Positions 1 through 10,085 of a DNA stretch of 64,000 nt are shown here, piece after piece; the stretch's first letter is position 1, and every line of letters begins with the position of its first letter. The position numbers were made by a program, and so were the translations under genes. A model generated the notes under the pieces. The model was not told where the DNA came from, did not search any database, and saw nothing but the letters and a program-made list of their open reading frames with translations. Origin of the DNA: Rubripirellula sp. GTDB lineage: Bacteria > Planctomycetota > Planctomycetia > Pirellulales > Pirellulaceae. The stretch spans positions 3,104,001 to 3,168,000 of the forward strand of contig OZ244207.1 in NCBI GenBank assembly GCA_965216875.1, written 5' to 3'.

Positions 1-464
1 GCAATTGACTCGAAACTGAATCCAATCGCCCAAGTCATCATCCCTAGGATTGCCACTGGACCGATTGGCTTCGATTCCAGTTGGCCTATTTGCACAGGCA
101 ACGACACGACCAGCATCACGATCCCCTGCAGCGCGAAGACGGTGATCAAACTGACCCACCAAAACCTTGCCCCATGCTTGTCCCGCATCGCCGTGTACCG
201 ACGATCCTCGCCCTTGCCAAGATTGCGTATCACCAAATGGGTTGAGAGCCGAAGTCCCCAAAATGTCGTCAAGACTGCAAGAATCGAAGCACGAGTTGAC
301 TGCGGCGAAACGAAGTAAGTCGTCCAAGCGATCAACACGAAACCGGCGCCCCAGAACATATCGACAATGCTCGCATCGTTGACCTTGAGACTGATCAACC
401 ACAGGAGGAGCATCGTGCCCAGCACGACTGCGGTATTTAAACCTAGAACTTCCAACACACTCAT
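1..464 (-). CDS. DUF1295 / steroid 5-alpha-reductase-like membrane protein (partial, runs off window start)
   Basis: Not in the ORF track. My translation from ATG at 464: MSVLEVLGLNTAVVLGTMLLLWLISLKVNDASIVDMFWGAGF...FWGLRLSTHLVIRNLGKGEDRRY. The SIVD.FWG, WGLRL and GED.RY motifs are typical of DUF1295. ATGA overlap with the upstream stop. Confidence 0.85.
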   Translation of the reverse strand, partial: MSVLEVLGLNTAVVLGTMLLLWLISLKVNDASIVDMFWGAGFVLIAWTTYFVSPQSTRASILAVLTTFWGLRLSTHLVIRNLGKGEDRRYTAMRDKHGARFWWVSLITVFALQGIVMLVVSLPVQIGQLESKPIGPVAILGMMTWAIGFSFESI

Positions 465-1543
465 GGTCGCATCACCGGTCGAAACAAGTAGTGGCCCACG
501 CCCCACTGAGCTCCGCCTTCAAAACGAAACAGCTCCTCACACGCCATCACGAACATACGCCAGCGTTGCAGCATGACGGAGGAATCTCCGTCAGGACCGT
601 GTTCTGCTGTCGCTCCACCCAGTATTCCCTTGACAAGCCGAGGGTTTGCATCGAGTCGGTCGAGCCATTGTCTGCAGGTCTTGGCATAGTGCATGCCGCT
701 AATCCACCATTGGTCTTCCACGTTCATCGATTTGTCATATCGAGCGAAGAGATCCTTAGCTGGCATCATGCCTCCCGAAAAGAAGTGCCGTCCCATCCAG
801 TTCTTCTGGCCCTCTGTTTCAAAGGTGTATGCGAGGTTGCGGTGGCAAAAGATATGAACGAACAGACGACCATCCGCCTTCAGCCAAGTGGCGATCCGAT
901 CAAGCAGCGCTTCGTGATTCCGAACATGCTCGAACATCTCCACTGACATCACGCGGTCAAAGGTGCCAGCCTGCAAAACATCGTGCGCCGCGTTGTGGTC
1001 GTTCACGGCCACATCACCAACATCCGCTGTGACCACTTTCAGATTCTCCAGCCCGCGCTTGCCACTTTGGCGTTCGATCCATTCACGCTGACTGTGTGAA
1101 TTCGACAAAGCGACCACCTCGCAGTTTCGATAGTTCTCTGCAACCCAGAGCGAAAGCGATCCCCAGCCGCATCCCAGATCGAGCAAACGCATTCCGTCTT
1201 CGAGACCGGCACGCTCACAACACAATCGCAGCATCGCGTCTTCGGACTGGTCGAGCGATGTCGTCGATTCCTGCCAAAGCCCGCAACTGTATTTCAATCG
1301 GTGACCCAACATGAGTTCAAAAAACTCAGCGGGCACTTCGTAATGCTGCTCATTGGCAAGGTGCGTTTCAATCGTGGTCACACTTTGACGCATTCGATCG
1401 GCAAACTCATCGAGCGCTTGGTTGTAATCGCCGGCGGCACGCGTCTCTTCATCCGCCAAACGTTCACGCAACAAACGTCGCATTCCAAAACGAATCACCG
1501 AATCGGGTAACCAGCGTCGTTCGGCGAGTTGTATCACAGACAT
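461..1543 (-). CDS. SAM-dependent methyltransferase, cyclopropane-fatty-acid synthase family (second type)
   Basis: ANEQHYEVP, LKYSC, LDLGCGWGS, SVEMFEH, HIFCH and FFSGG motifs. Start moved from 1786 to MSVIQLAER (1543) because the extension overlaps DUF1475. Confidence 0.85.
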   Translation of the reverse strand: MSVIQLAERRWLPDSVIRFGMRRLLRERLADEETRAAGDYNQALDEFADRMRQSVTTIETHLANEQHYEVPAEFFELMLGHRLKYSCGLWQESTTSLDQSEDAMLRLCCERAGLEDGMRLLDLGCGWGSLSLWVAENYRNCEVVALSNSHSQREWIERQSGKRGLENLKVVTADVGDVAVNDHNAAHDVLQAGTFDRVMSVEMFEHVRNHEALLDRIATWLKADGRLFVHIFCHRNLAYTFETEGQKNWMGRHFFSGGMMPAKDLFARYDKSMNVEDQWWISGMHYAKTCRQWLDRLDANPRLVKGILGGATAEHGPDGDSSVMLQRWRMFVMACEELFRFEGGAQWGVGHYLFRPVMRP

Positions 1544-1548
1544 AGTTT

Positions 1549-1893
1549 CTATTCCGTAGCGATGCGTTCTGGACGAAGCAACAATGCTTCCCAAGAAAAA
1601 GTTCGGTTGGTCACGAGTATTCGAAGGACGTAGGCGGACATTGCGAAATTCCCGAGCGTCATGATCAGTACAAACCAGATCATGCGGGCACGCATCGACG
1701 TTTCGCGGTACGCCACCCAGACGTAGAAAGTCAAAAAGCCGCAATACGCGTCTGCGAGGGTGGCAGCGAACCACGGATCCGGCCACAGGCCCTCCCCAGC
1801 CCGCAAGACGTTGCGGTCAAGTGAAGCCCACGTCGTCACAACAAGCATGATGGCAAGCACTGTGAAACAAAGTGCAATCAACAAAACCTTCAC
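1549..1893 (-). CDS. DUF1475-like small membrane protein
   Basis: GTG at 1893 overlaps the upstream stop (GTGA). Hydrophobic, with WF.ATL.DAY.GF and LGN motifs. Confidence 0.7.
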   Translation of the reverse strand: MKVLLIALCFTVLAIMLVVTTWASLDRNVLRAGEGLWPDPWFAATLADAYCGFLTFYVWVAYRETSMRARMIWFVLIMTLGNFAMSAYVLRILVTNRTFSWEALLLRPERIATE

Positions 1894-3227
1894 CGCGCGT
1901 CTCCCAATGAAGGAAACGAGGCGGCTTGCCGGCTGCCCGCCTTTTGAAGCAGCAGTTGGCTGACGCCGATTTGCTTTTCTCGAAACGCTCCCTCGCAGTA
2001 ACACAGGTAGTAATCCCAAAGCCGCATGAACGATTCGGACATTCCCAGCTCCAAGATTTGCCGACGGTTTTCGTGGAATCGCTGACGCCAGCAGGCAAGC
2101 GTTCTCCCGTAGTGCTCGGCAAAGTCTTCGAGGTGAGCGACCTGAAAATCGGTTTTGCGTTTCATTGAACTGACCATCGCCCCCAGCGACGGCAAACAAC
2201 CGCCTGGGAAGATGTACTTCTGAATGAAATCGACACTCCGCTTGTATTGTTCAAATCGCTGGTCCGGAATGGTGATCGCCTGGATCGCGGCACATCCATC
2301 GTTCTTCAACAATGACGAGCATTTACTAAAAAAGGTGTCATAGAACTCGTGCCCGACAGCCTCAATCATCTCGATCGAAACAAGTTTGTCGAATTGACCT
2401 GTCAGATCACGGTAGTCTTCGAGCTTCAAGTCAATTCGATCTGCCAAGCCCAAAGATTCGATACGCTGTTTTGCGAATCCGAATTGTTCCTGCGAGATGG
2501 TGGTGGTGGTGATGTGGCAACCAAAATTTTTGGCTGCATGGATCGCAAAGCCACCCCAACCCGTCCCGATTTCGACCACTCGATCCGTTGGCTTGAGCTG
2601 AAGCTTGCGGCAAATTCGATCGTACTTTTCCACCGAGGCCTCTTCCATCGAACTTGATTCAGAAGGGAAGACGCCACTGGAATAGGTCATCGTAGGATCG
2701 AGAAACAAGCTGTAGAAATCATTGCTGAGGTCATAGTGAGCAGCGATGTTACGACGGCTTCCCGATCGCGTATTGCGGTTCAGGCGATGGAGCGTGCGAC
2801 GCGCGGCGTCGGCGAAGAAGTTGGCGATTCCTCCCATCTCCGATGCCGCTTCCATGTTCCGCGAGAAAACCCGAATGAGACCAACCAAGTCATCGCAGTC
2901 CCATTCACCGCGTACGTAGGACTCACCCGCTCCAATGCTTCCTCCAAACGCAACGGAAGAATAGAAGCTCTGATCGTGGACGCGTACAATCACCTCGAGG
3001 TCCGAATGAGCGTCGCCCAATCGCTGCTCCGAATTGCCGTCGACCAAAGTGATTTTGCCCTGGCGCATCCCCCTGAGCTTGGCGATCACCGCGTTTCGCG
3101 CCGTCCGTTGCAGAAAGGTCGGATGACTTTCCCGCCGATCGTCGCCATCGACAACTAGATCGAGCGGTGTCCGTCGTTGACTTTCGCTGGCATAGGCACT
3201 TGATCGGGATGAGGAAAGAACGGACAT
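1890..3227 (-). CDS. cfa: Cyclopropane-fatty-acyl-phospholipid synthase family methyltransferase (UfaM-like)
   Basis: NIAAHYDLSNDFY, MTYSS, EIGTGWGG, SIEMIEAVG, FIQKYIFPGG and WDYYLCYCEGAF motifs. Confidence 0.9.
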   Translation of the reverse strand: MSVLSSSRSSAYASESQRRTPLDLVVDGDDRRESHPTFLQRTARNAVIAKLRGMRQGKITLVDGNSEQRLGDAHSDLEVIVRVHDQSFYSSVAFGGSIGAGESYVRGEWDCDDLVGLIRVFSRNMEAASEMGGIANFFADAARRTLHRLNRNTRSGSRRNIAAHYDLSNDFYSLFLDPTMTYSSGVFPSESSSMEEASVEKYDRICRKLQLKPTDRVVEIGTGWGGFAIHAAKNFGCHITTTTISQEQFGFAKQRIESLGLADRIDLKLEDYRDLTGQFDKLVSIEMIEAVGHEFYDTFFSKCSSLLKNDGCAAIQAITIPDQRFEQYKRSVDFIQKYIFPGGCLPSLGAMVSSMKRKTDFQVAHLEDFAEHYGRTLACWRQRFHENRRQILELGMSESFMRLWDYYLCYCEGAFREKQIGVSQLLLQKAGSRQAASFPSLGDAR

Positions 3228-3943
3228 CTCTTAATCCAAAGTCGAAGGGCTTGAAAGTAAATCGCAGCGAGGATGTTCATTCCCGCTATGGGGCGTCGGG
3301 CAATGGATCGAACAAGCTGCCAATCCGAAAGCGGACGCCGTGTTAGAAAAAGATCTGCTTGAAAGACGCGTTCGCCTTCCTTTTCGCTGCAAAGCGACAG
3401 ATTCAATTCGTCCGATGGCTGGTTGATCAGCCAGCGATAGTTTGCATTCATGTCCATGAAGGGTGAGACATGAAACTCTTTGGCATGCAGGTATTGCCCC
3501 GGCTTGCCGTCAAGTTGGTTGCCCGACCACAACACGTAGTGATAACGTTGATTCCACGGCGTGTTACTTACCTCGGCAACGATCGCAACAACCGTTCCCG
3601 CGAGATCAAAGCAGAAGTAAAGATTGATCGGACTGAAGTAGACTCCAAAGTGCCGCAACTGCGTCAGCAAACGCACGGGGCCGGTTGCGTCGATGCCGGT
3701 CTTGCTAAGCACCAACTCGCGGACCGCCTGCTTCAAGCCAACGCTCGACTCACCAAGGTGATCGTTGCGATTGAAGGATGCAGGAGCGAATCGACGACGG
3801 CTCAACATCCAGCGGTGGTCGATCAAATCGTCGATTTCGTCGAGGTCAAGGTAGGCCCATGCCGTCGCGTATTCGAACCGGTGCCCCGGCTTTTTTCGCT
3901 CGTGTGCGACCGTTCCTCGATACAGGCAGCTTTCCATCTTCAT
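3155..3943 (-). CDS. DUF1365 domain protein (UfaO-like)
   Basis: YLDLDE, FSPINLYFC, AEVSNTPW, KEFHVSPFM and IYFQALRLW motifs. Confidence 0.9.
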   Translation of the reverse strand: MKMESCLYRGTVAHERKKPGHRFEYATAWAYLDLDEIDDLIDHRWMLSRRRFAPASFNRNDHLGESSVGLKQAVRELVLSKTGIDATGPVRLLTQLRHFGVYFSPINLYFCFDLAGTVVAIVAEVSNTPWNQRYHYVLWSGNQLDGKPGQYLHAKEFHVSPFMDMNANYRWLINQPSDELNLSLCSEKEGERVFQADLFLTRRPLSDWQLVRSIARRPIAGMNILAAIYFQALRLWIKRCPFFPHPDQVPMPAKVNDGHRSI

Positions 3944-5253
3944 CGAGCCTCCACCGCATCGTTGCTCGGATGGCGGTGACAGAAAGGCTTCGGCGGGCTC
4001 GCAACCGATTCCAGGCCAAGGCCAAACTGCCGCGTGACGGCCAACGCGCTGTTGACGCCATCCTCATGAAATCCGTAGCCCCAATAGGCCCCGCAGAAGC
4101 TCGCTGAAAGCTTCCCGCTCACATCGGCGAACTGTTCTTGAGCGGCGATCGAATCCGTCGAGAAAACGGGATGCTCAAACTGAAACGTCCTGATCACTTT
4201 GCTTGGGTCGATTTCGGAAGAGGGGTTGAGGGTCAAACAGAGCGGACCAGGCAACCCAAGACTTTGAAGGCGGTTCAAGTCGTAAGTGACACTGGCCCGC
4301 CCACTTTCGGTATCAGGCACGTGATAGTTCCAACTCGCCCAAGCTCGGCTTCGCTTTGGCAAGACCGATTGATCCGTGTGCAACACCGCGTCGTTCGCTT
4401 GATACGGAAAACAAGACAGGAGCTTTCGCTCTGCGTGCGATGCATCAACAAGCAAATCGAGCGTTCGATCGGCGTGAGTCGCAAAGACGACGTGATCAAA
4501 TTCCGTTTCGGATCCATCCTCAGTCAACACCAACGCTCCGTGCGGCGTCCTACGAACCGCTTCCACGCCACAGTTCAAATGGACCTGGTCGCGAATCGGC
4601 CCGATCAACTTCTCAACATACGCTTGCGACCTACCAGCGATGGTCAACCACTGAGGTCGATCGCGAAGCTGCAACAAGCCGTGGTTGCGAAAGAAACCAA
4701 GAATGAACTTTGCTGGGAAGGCGGCGATGCATTGCGGATCAGCTGACCAAATCGCCGCGGACATTGGCCGCAAATAGTATTTGAGAAACCAATCCCCGAA
4801 ACCATGCCGTTCAAGGAACTCACCCAGCAACATCGAGTGCTCGCCGTCAGTTCCGTAGGCCGACGCGACCCGATTGAACTTGAGGATGTCAGCGAGCATA
4901 CGGTGAAAGGCGGGACGGAACACATTGCTCCGCTGAGCGTACAGGCCGTTCAAAGAACTGCCTTGGAACTCAAGTCCGCTCGCAAGACATCGAACGCTTA
5001 AACTCATGTCCGACTCTTGCGTCGGCACGCCGAGCATTTCGAGCAAACGACAGAAGTTTGGATAGGTTCGCCGATTCAGCACCATGAACGCGACATCGGC
5101 AGTGACGGCATGGCCGTAGGCTTCCACCTCGACACTGAATGCATGACCGCCTGCGTGAGAAGCCGATTCAAAGATCTCAACGTCATGCTGCGATGAGAGA
5201 ATGCGGGCTGCAACGTTGCCGGAAATCCCAGATCCGATGATGGCGATTCGCAT
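3940..5253 (-). CDS. FAD-dependent oxidoreductase / desaturase (UfaD-like)
   Basis: N-terminal MRIAIIGSGISG Rossmann motif, plus TYPNF, AIWS, WASWNY and GAYWGYGFHEDG. Start trimmed to 5253. Confidence 0.9.
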   Translation of the reverse strand: MRIAIIGSGISGNVAARILSSQHDVEIFESASHAGGHAFSVEVEAYGHAVTADVAFMVLNRRTYPNFCRLLEMLGVPTQESDMSLSVRCLASGLEFQGSSLNGLYAQRSNVFRPAFHRMLADILKFNRVASAYGTDGEHSMLLGEFLERHGFGDWFLKYYLRPMSAAIWSADPQCIAAFPAKFILGFFRNHGLLQLRDRPQWLTIAGRSQAYVEKLIGPIRDQVHLNCGVEAVRRTPHGALVLTEDGSETEFDHVVFATHADRTLDLLVDASHAERKLLSCFPYQANDAVLHTDQSVLPKRSRAWASWNYHVPDTESGRASVTYDLNRLQSLGLPGPLCLTLNPSSEIDPSKVIRTFQFEHPVFSTDSIAAQEQFADVSGKLSASFCGAYWGYGFHEDGVNSALAVTRQFGLGLESVASPPKPFCHRHPSNDAVEAR

Positions 5254-5457
5254 TGATTGTAGGGTCTGTCTTTTCTTTGCCGAATGCGTGGAGCCGTGTC
5301 GCAGTCGTTGCGAATCGCCCAACATTTCCAAAATGTGTGTTACGTAAGGAAGGTTATTGCGGAGGCAACCCCCGGCCTCGACACGACGAAAATGCAGAGG
5401 GCGCGGCCGTTGTGTAGAATCGTGAGTTCGCCATTATCTCCTATCGCGGTGGGCAAC

Positions 5458-6222
5458 ATGCGTACAGAACCAACGGTCCTTGGGCCCAACTGGGCCAAAA
5501 CCACACTTGGGGCCGTCCTTGCGCTGGTCATCCTTTCAACGGGCTGTAAAAAGCCGGACGAAGAAGAGAAAGACCCGGTCAAACGACGCGAGGCCCAACT
5601 CTTCGCGCAACGTGAAGCTGCCAAGACCTACTTGAAAAACGACGGTTCAGTCGATTGGCAAAAACGCGTGAAAGCTGCAAACGAAGAGCTGGAAAAGGCT
5701 GAGTCGGATCGCCGCTGGGGTCGCCACGAACAAGCACTCGAGCACGCCCTCGAAGCCGCCCGCCTGATGCCTCCCAACAGCAAAGATTTTGACGACGCAA
5801 AAAGCGAAGCCGCAACAAGCGAGGGTGGTTCAGACGGGTCGGGATCTGGATCAGAACAGCCGACCAAAGGCAATGCTCAACCGGGTGGAAAGGACCAACC
5901 GGGTGGCAAAGGCAACCAAAGTTCCAACGAACAGGGCGCCTCGGGCGGTCTTCAAGGTGGCGGAAACTCGAACGAGAAAGGCGGCGGTCGTGCCGGCCAG
6001 CCTGCGGGCGGAGGACGGTCGCCGTCAGGCGGCACAGCTTCGGCTGGTGACTCAACTGGCGGATCAACGACCAATGGCGGCGGCAGCGAAGGTGGAGTCA
6101 CCAACGAAGAGGTCGCCCAGCTTCGTGCCCAACTCGATGCCATGCTTCAATCGCTCGACGGCAAAGCAGGATCGGCGGGTGCAAATTTGAACATGGTCGA
6201 AGACGCGATCGAGATTCGCTAG
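5458..6222 (+). CDS. Putative lipoprotein with helical N-domain and Gly/Ser-rich disordered linker
   Basis: Hydrophobic stretch ending ILSTG-C (lipobox-like). Abuts the next ORF (stop 6222, start 6223). Confidence 0.65.
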   Translation: MRTEPTVLGPNWAKTTLGAVLALVILSTGCKKPDEEEKDPVKRREAQLFAQREAAKTYLKNDGSVDWQKRVKAANEELEKAESDRRWGRHEQALEHALEAARLMPPNSKDFDDAKSEAATSEGGSDGSGSGSEQPTKGNAQPGGKDQPGGKGNQSSNEQGASGGLQGGGNSNEKGGGRAGQPAGGGRSPSGGTASAGDSTGGSTTNGGGSEGGVTNEEVAQLRAQLDAMLQSLDGKAGSAGANLNMVEDAIEIR

Positions 6223-8310
6223 ATGATGGAACGAACCTCGAACCCAATCCTTCATCGTTTGCAGCAGACGCTCGAGACGGGTGCGCCACGAGAAGAAATC
6301 GCCAAAGCCCTCGAGGCGGCCGAGCAACTTGGCGACGAGCTACCGCCACTGCTTGCCTATCGTGCCGAAGAACGCATCGCCGCGGATCGAATGCTGGATC
6401 GACGTCGGATCGGATTCGGTGTCGGCGTTGCCGTGTCCATCTTCTTTGCGGCCGTACTGGCTGTCGGACTCTCAACACTTGATCGCTATCGCACTGCCAA
6501 TCGCGATCTTGACTTGCTTACCGAATTGATCAATCAAGAGAGTTGGCAAGAGGCACTCGACTATTTCGAAACCCTTTCCCCTGAAACACGTGGTCGCAAG
6601 GAATTCGTGACCGCTCACCAGCAGGTAAAAGAGGAACTCGATCGCGATCGAATGCGGGTGTCCGAATTCAAGCAATTGGTCGATGAAATCGAATCGGACC
6701 CCACCACTGAAATCGACGAGGTCTCTCTATCGCGACTTAAGGAGATCGCCAAGAGCGAGGAAGAACTTGAAATCGTTGCAAACCTCACGGCCGAAGCGGA
6801 TGAACAACGCTTGATGCGAGAGGCGGGCCGTGTACAAAACCAAACTCAGGCGTTTGACCAACTACAACAAGAAGTCGACGCCTTTTTCCAAGAGCAGCAA
6901 GAGAGCAAGGTCTTTGATCGGGCGAGGCAGACCGAGCTACAAACGAAGCTGCAAGAATTCTCGGCCAAGAACAGGTTGTCCAACCCCGATCTTGCTGAAG
7001 CGGCCAAGCAGACCTCTGCGCTTCTCACACGTGAACGTGAACGTGCGGACTTCATGGCCCAGCGGGAGCAAGGACTTTCCAACATCACCAACTCCGTCGG
7101 AAACCCTGACCAATTCCTGAAAGCCGTCCAAGCCTATGTCGTTCAATTCCCTGTGGACCCTAATTCGGAACAACTGAATGCGTTGGGCGGATTGAGCGGC
7201 ACCGTTCATTCGACTGTCGCCTGGATCAACGTCCTGCAAGACCCCACCTTTCAATCACCCGCGAACGTCCAGAGTCATGACGCGTCCGATTGGCTCGCGC
7301 TGGTCGATCAAGCGACCAAGAGTGCACCGGGGCATGCGCTTGCTACGCCCACACTGCCGTTGATCGCTCACTACCGCGCGATCGTCAAGCGTGATGAAGC
7401 GATCGAGGAAGTTCGGAATCGCCTCAAGCAACCCTTGTTAGAATCGGTCTACCGCTATCCAAGCGACGGCGGCTTCCTCTATTCCGACCAAAAGCCAGAG
7501 CTCGACTCACCACGAGCCCACGTGGTCGAATACTTTGCCGATTTGGCTCTCAATCGAGAAACGAAGAACTTTGGAGGCACGTTCAAGCAACGAGTCCTGC
7601 CTCAGGTGGCATTGTCGGGACATTGCGTCTACGCAACGAACGCAAACAAACTCGTCGCATCGATGAAACAATCAGATTTCACTGAGGTGATGTACCGATT
7701 GCTTGTCGAGCTGAAGACGCTCGAAGAGTCGGAGATTGATCCAATCCTGCAGTTGTCACTTCTGAAAGAGCTTCTTCAACAGGGCATCATTGGCAGTGAA
7801 CCAATCAACCACGGTTTTGGCGACCTCATCGATTCACTTGCCCAGAGCGGTTTCGACGAAACGGCCAACTGGCTACAACCCGACGTCCTAAATGAAAATG
7901 CAAAAGAGGCTCGATCGACCGCTCGCAAACTCCTTGCAGGAATGAACAACTGGAGCGAGAGAACCCAGCGTATGGGCGAGAGCTATCGCGAGTTCAAATC
8001 CGCGCGGCAGCCTGCACCTCGCTGGGTGGGCTGGGTCTCAAGTGGCCCCGACTCATCCCTGCTGGCCAGACTCAAGGACCAACTGGAGTCGGGCGAAATG
8101 CACGTTGTGGCGGTTGGCCAAGATACGGAACCATCGCTGGTCTCACTCGGCGATTATCCTGAGGCACTGATGGATAGTTCGTTACCAACAGATCGCAACA
8201 TTGTCCCCGGTTCGTTGATCTTATGGTCGCCCCATAATCCGGGCAGCACGTCAGAGGATCGCACCGCCGCGCAAGTGAATCAGCCAACTGCATCAAGCTC
8301 CGTGAACTAG
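6223..8310 (+). CDS. Large single-pass membrane protein with helical/coiled-coil extracytoplasmic region
   Basis: 695-aa ORF. RRR followed by one TM (IGFGVGVAVSIFFAAVLAVGL), then a long Q/E/L-rich helical region. No family recognised. Confidence 0.75.
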   Translation: MMERTSNPILHRLQQTLETGAPREEIAKALEAAEQLGDELPPLLAYRAEERIAADRMLDRRRIGFGVGVAVSIFFAAVLAVGLSTLDRYRTANRDLDLLTELINQESWQEALDYFETLSPETRGRKEFVTAHQQVKEELDRDRMRVSEFKQLVDEIESDPTTEIDEVSLSRLKEIAKSEEELEIVANLTAEADEQRLMREAGRVQNQTQAFDQLQQEVDAFFQEQQESKVFDRARQTELQTKLQEFSAKNRLSNPDLAEAAKQTSALLTRERERADFMAQREQGLSNITNSVGNPDQFLKAVQAYVVQFPVDPNSEQLNALGGLSGTVHSTVAWINVLQDPTFQSPANVQSHDASDWLALVDQATKSAPGHALATPTLPLIAHYRAIVKRDEAIEEVRNRLKQPLLESVYRYPSDGGFLYSDQKPELDSPRAHVVEYFADLALNRETKNFGGTFKQRVLPQVALSGHCVYATNANKLVASMKQSDFTEVMYRLLVELKTLEESEIDPILQLSLLKELLQQGIIGSEPINHGFGDLIDSLAQSGFDETANWLQPDVLNENAKEARSTARKLLAGMNNWSERTQRMGESYREFKSARQPAPRWVGWVSSGPDSSLLARLKDQLESGEMHVVAVGQDTEPSLVSLGDYPEALMDSSLPTDRNIVPGSLILWSPHNPGSTSEDRTAAQVNQPTASSSVN

Positions 8311-8326
8311 ACTCCGACCAACGTCC

Positions 8327-9247
8327 ATGTCATCAACGTCCTCCGCCCCCACTGCTCCCCCCATCGCTGCCGACCGGCTGGTTTGGATGCGTCGCGATAT
8401 CGAGCGTCGGTTTGGATTCCGTGGATCACGATTCACACGTGTGGGAGGCGTGCTGCCAGCGATCCTGGCAGCATTAATGACGCTTGCCTTCTTCTTTGCC
8501 ATGTTTGCGATCGGAAGCAATTCATGGACGGACATGTTCATCCAGCGCGGTTGGACGCCCTACGTCATCGTTTTCTTTGCATTGTGGTCGTTGACCATCT
8601 TGATGATGAAGCGAAGCAAGCTGCGTTTCCAGCGACGCTCGTTGACGCTAACGGTGATTCCCGACGAGATCGACTTTGTTCTGTCATTGTCAACCGTCGG
8701 CCGAGTCATGCAGCGTCTGTACGAGGTCAGCGATGATCCAAAATCGTTCGTACTACTGAATCGTATTTACGTCGGCCTTTCGAACGTCCGAAACCTTGGT
8801 CGCGTCGCCGACCTTGGCGAAGTCTTGCGCACACAAGCCGACCACGACGAATCGGTGATGGAGACAAGTTTCAATCTGATTCGCGGTCTCGTTTGGGCAA
8901 TTCCGATTCTCGGATTCATTGGAACGGTTTCGGGGCTTTCGCTGGCCATTGGCGGATTCGGACGCGTGCTGAGCCAAACCGATGATCCGTCACAATTGAT
9001 TGAAGCGCTCAAAGGGGTCACTGGCGGATTGGCGACCGCATTTGAAACCACCTTGCTGGCGCTGATTGCAGCCTTGCTCGTGCAAATGGCGATGACCCTG
9101 CAGAAGAAACGCGAAGAAGAGTTTCTTGATGAGTGCGCAGACTATTGCCAACGCGAAGTTCTCAGTCGCCTTCGCCTCTCGGAAGCCCCAAAAGTGGTCG
9201 ACGAAGTGATCGTCGTCTCGGATGAAGACTTGATGGTGGAGCCGTAG
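8327..9247 (+). CDS. MotA/TolQ/ExbB proton channel family protein
   Basis: WAIPILGFIGTVSGL...GGLATAFETTLLALIAA helical-hairpin signature. Confidence 0.9.
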   Translation: MSSTSSAPTAPPIAADRLVWMRRDIERRFGFRGSRFTRVGGVLPAILAALMTLAFFFAMFAIGSNSWTDMFIQRGWTPYVIVFFALWSLTILMMKRSKLRFQRRSLTLTVIPDEIDFVLSLSTVGRVMQRLYEVSDDPKSFVLLNRIYVGLSNVRNLGRVADLGEVLRTQADHDESVMETSFNLIRGLVWAIPILGFIGTVSGLSLAIGGFGRVLSQTDDPSQLIEALKGVTGGLATAFETTLLALIAALLVQMAMTLQKKREEEFLDECADYCQREVLSRLRLSEAPKVVDEVIVVSDEDLMVEP

Positions 9248-9251
9248 GCCA

Positions 9252-10085
9252 ATGCGGAGGCGCCGCCACGACCATACGCTCAGCCTTTTCTCTTTCCAGG
9301 ACATCATCACTGGCGTCGCTGGAGTGATGCTGTTCATCCTGTTGTTGTTGGTCGTTCAAATGTCGCTGCGTACCGCTGCAGCCCAGAACGACGAGTTCGG
9401 CGGAGTCGTGCAACAGACAGAACCTGAGCCAGAACCGCAGCCGCCGACCGTTGATACGACGGACCTACGCAAGATGCAGCAGCGTCTGGAAGAACTGCGG
9501 CGTCGGAATGCCGAGCTTATGCAAACGAGCATCGAAGAACTTGACACGAAGCTTCAGGAAAAATCGAACGAACTCGACGAGCTGCTCGATTCTGTCGACC
9601 AAATGAAACGGCAGACGACCGAGATGGATCAACAGATCGCCGCGGCCGATACCGACCAAGAAAAGACGGACGCGATTGGGCAGCGCGACGCACTCCAATC
9701 ACAACTCGAACGACTTGAATCAGAAAAAGCCAAACATGCCCAAGGGCGTCTGATTGCCTTTCGAGCGATGCACTCGGGTGTGAAAGAGCTTTGGATCATT
9801 GACGTTCGCGGCACAAGCACGACCATCTTTGACGCGAATTCGCCCGATGAAGCGATGTCTGTCGACTATCAGCGGTACGCGCCAAGCTTCGACATGGTCA
9901 ACGACATCTGCAATCGGTTGGATGAAAAAACGAAAACGAAGAACATTGTGCTGTTGCTGCGACCGTCTATCGCGGGTGTTGCCCCCGACGTGATGTCGGC
10001 CTTCCAGAACCGCGGCTACAACGTCGCGTTAGAACTGCTCGATGAAGACACCCAAGTGGCTCGCAATGAGGCCACAGCAAAATGA
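9252..10085 (+). CDS. ExbD/TolR-like single-TM protein with coiled-coil stalk
   Basis: Basic N-terminus, TM with Asp (SLFSFQDIITGVAGVMLFILLLLV), long coiled coil, C-terminal alpha/beta domain. Directly downstream of the ExbB-like gene. Confidence 0.6.
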   Translation: MRRRRHDHTLSLFSFQDIITGVAGVMLFILLLLVVQMSLRTAAAQNDEFGGVVQQTEPEPEPQPPTVDTTDLRKMQQRLEELRRRNAELMQTSIEELDTKLQEKSNELDELLDSVDQMKRQTTEMDQQIAAADTDQEKTDAIGQRDALQSQLERLESEKAKHAQGRLIAFRAMHSGVKELWIIDVRGTSTTIFDANSPDEAMSVDYQRYAPSFDMVNDICNRLDEKTKTKNIVLLLRPSIAGVAPDVMSAFQNRGYNVALELLDEDTQVARNEATAK

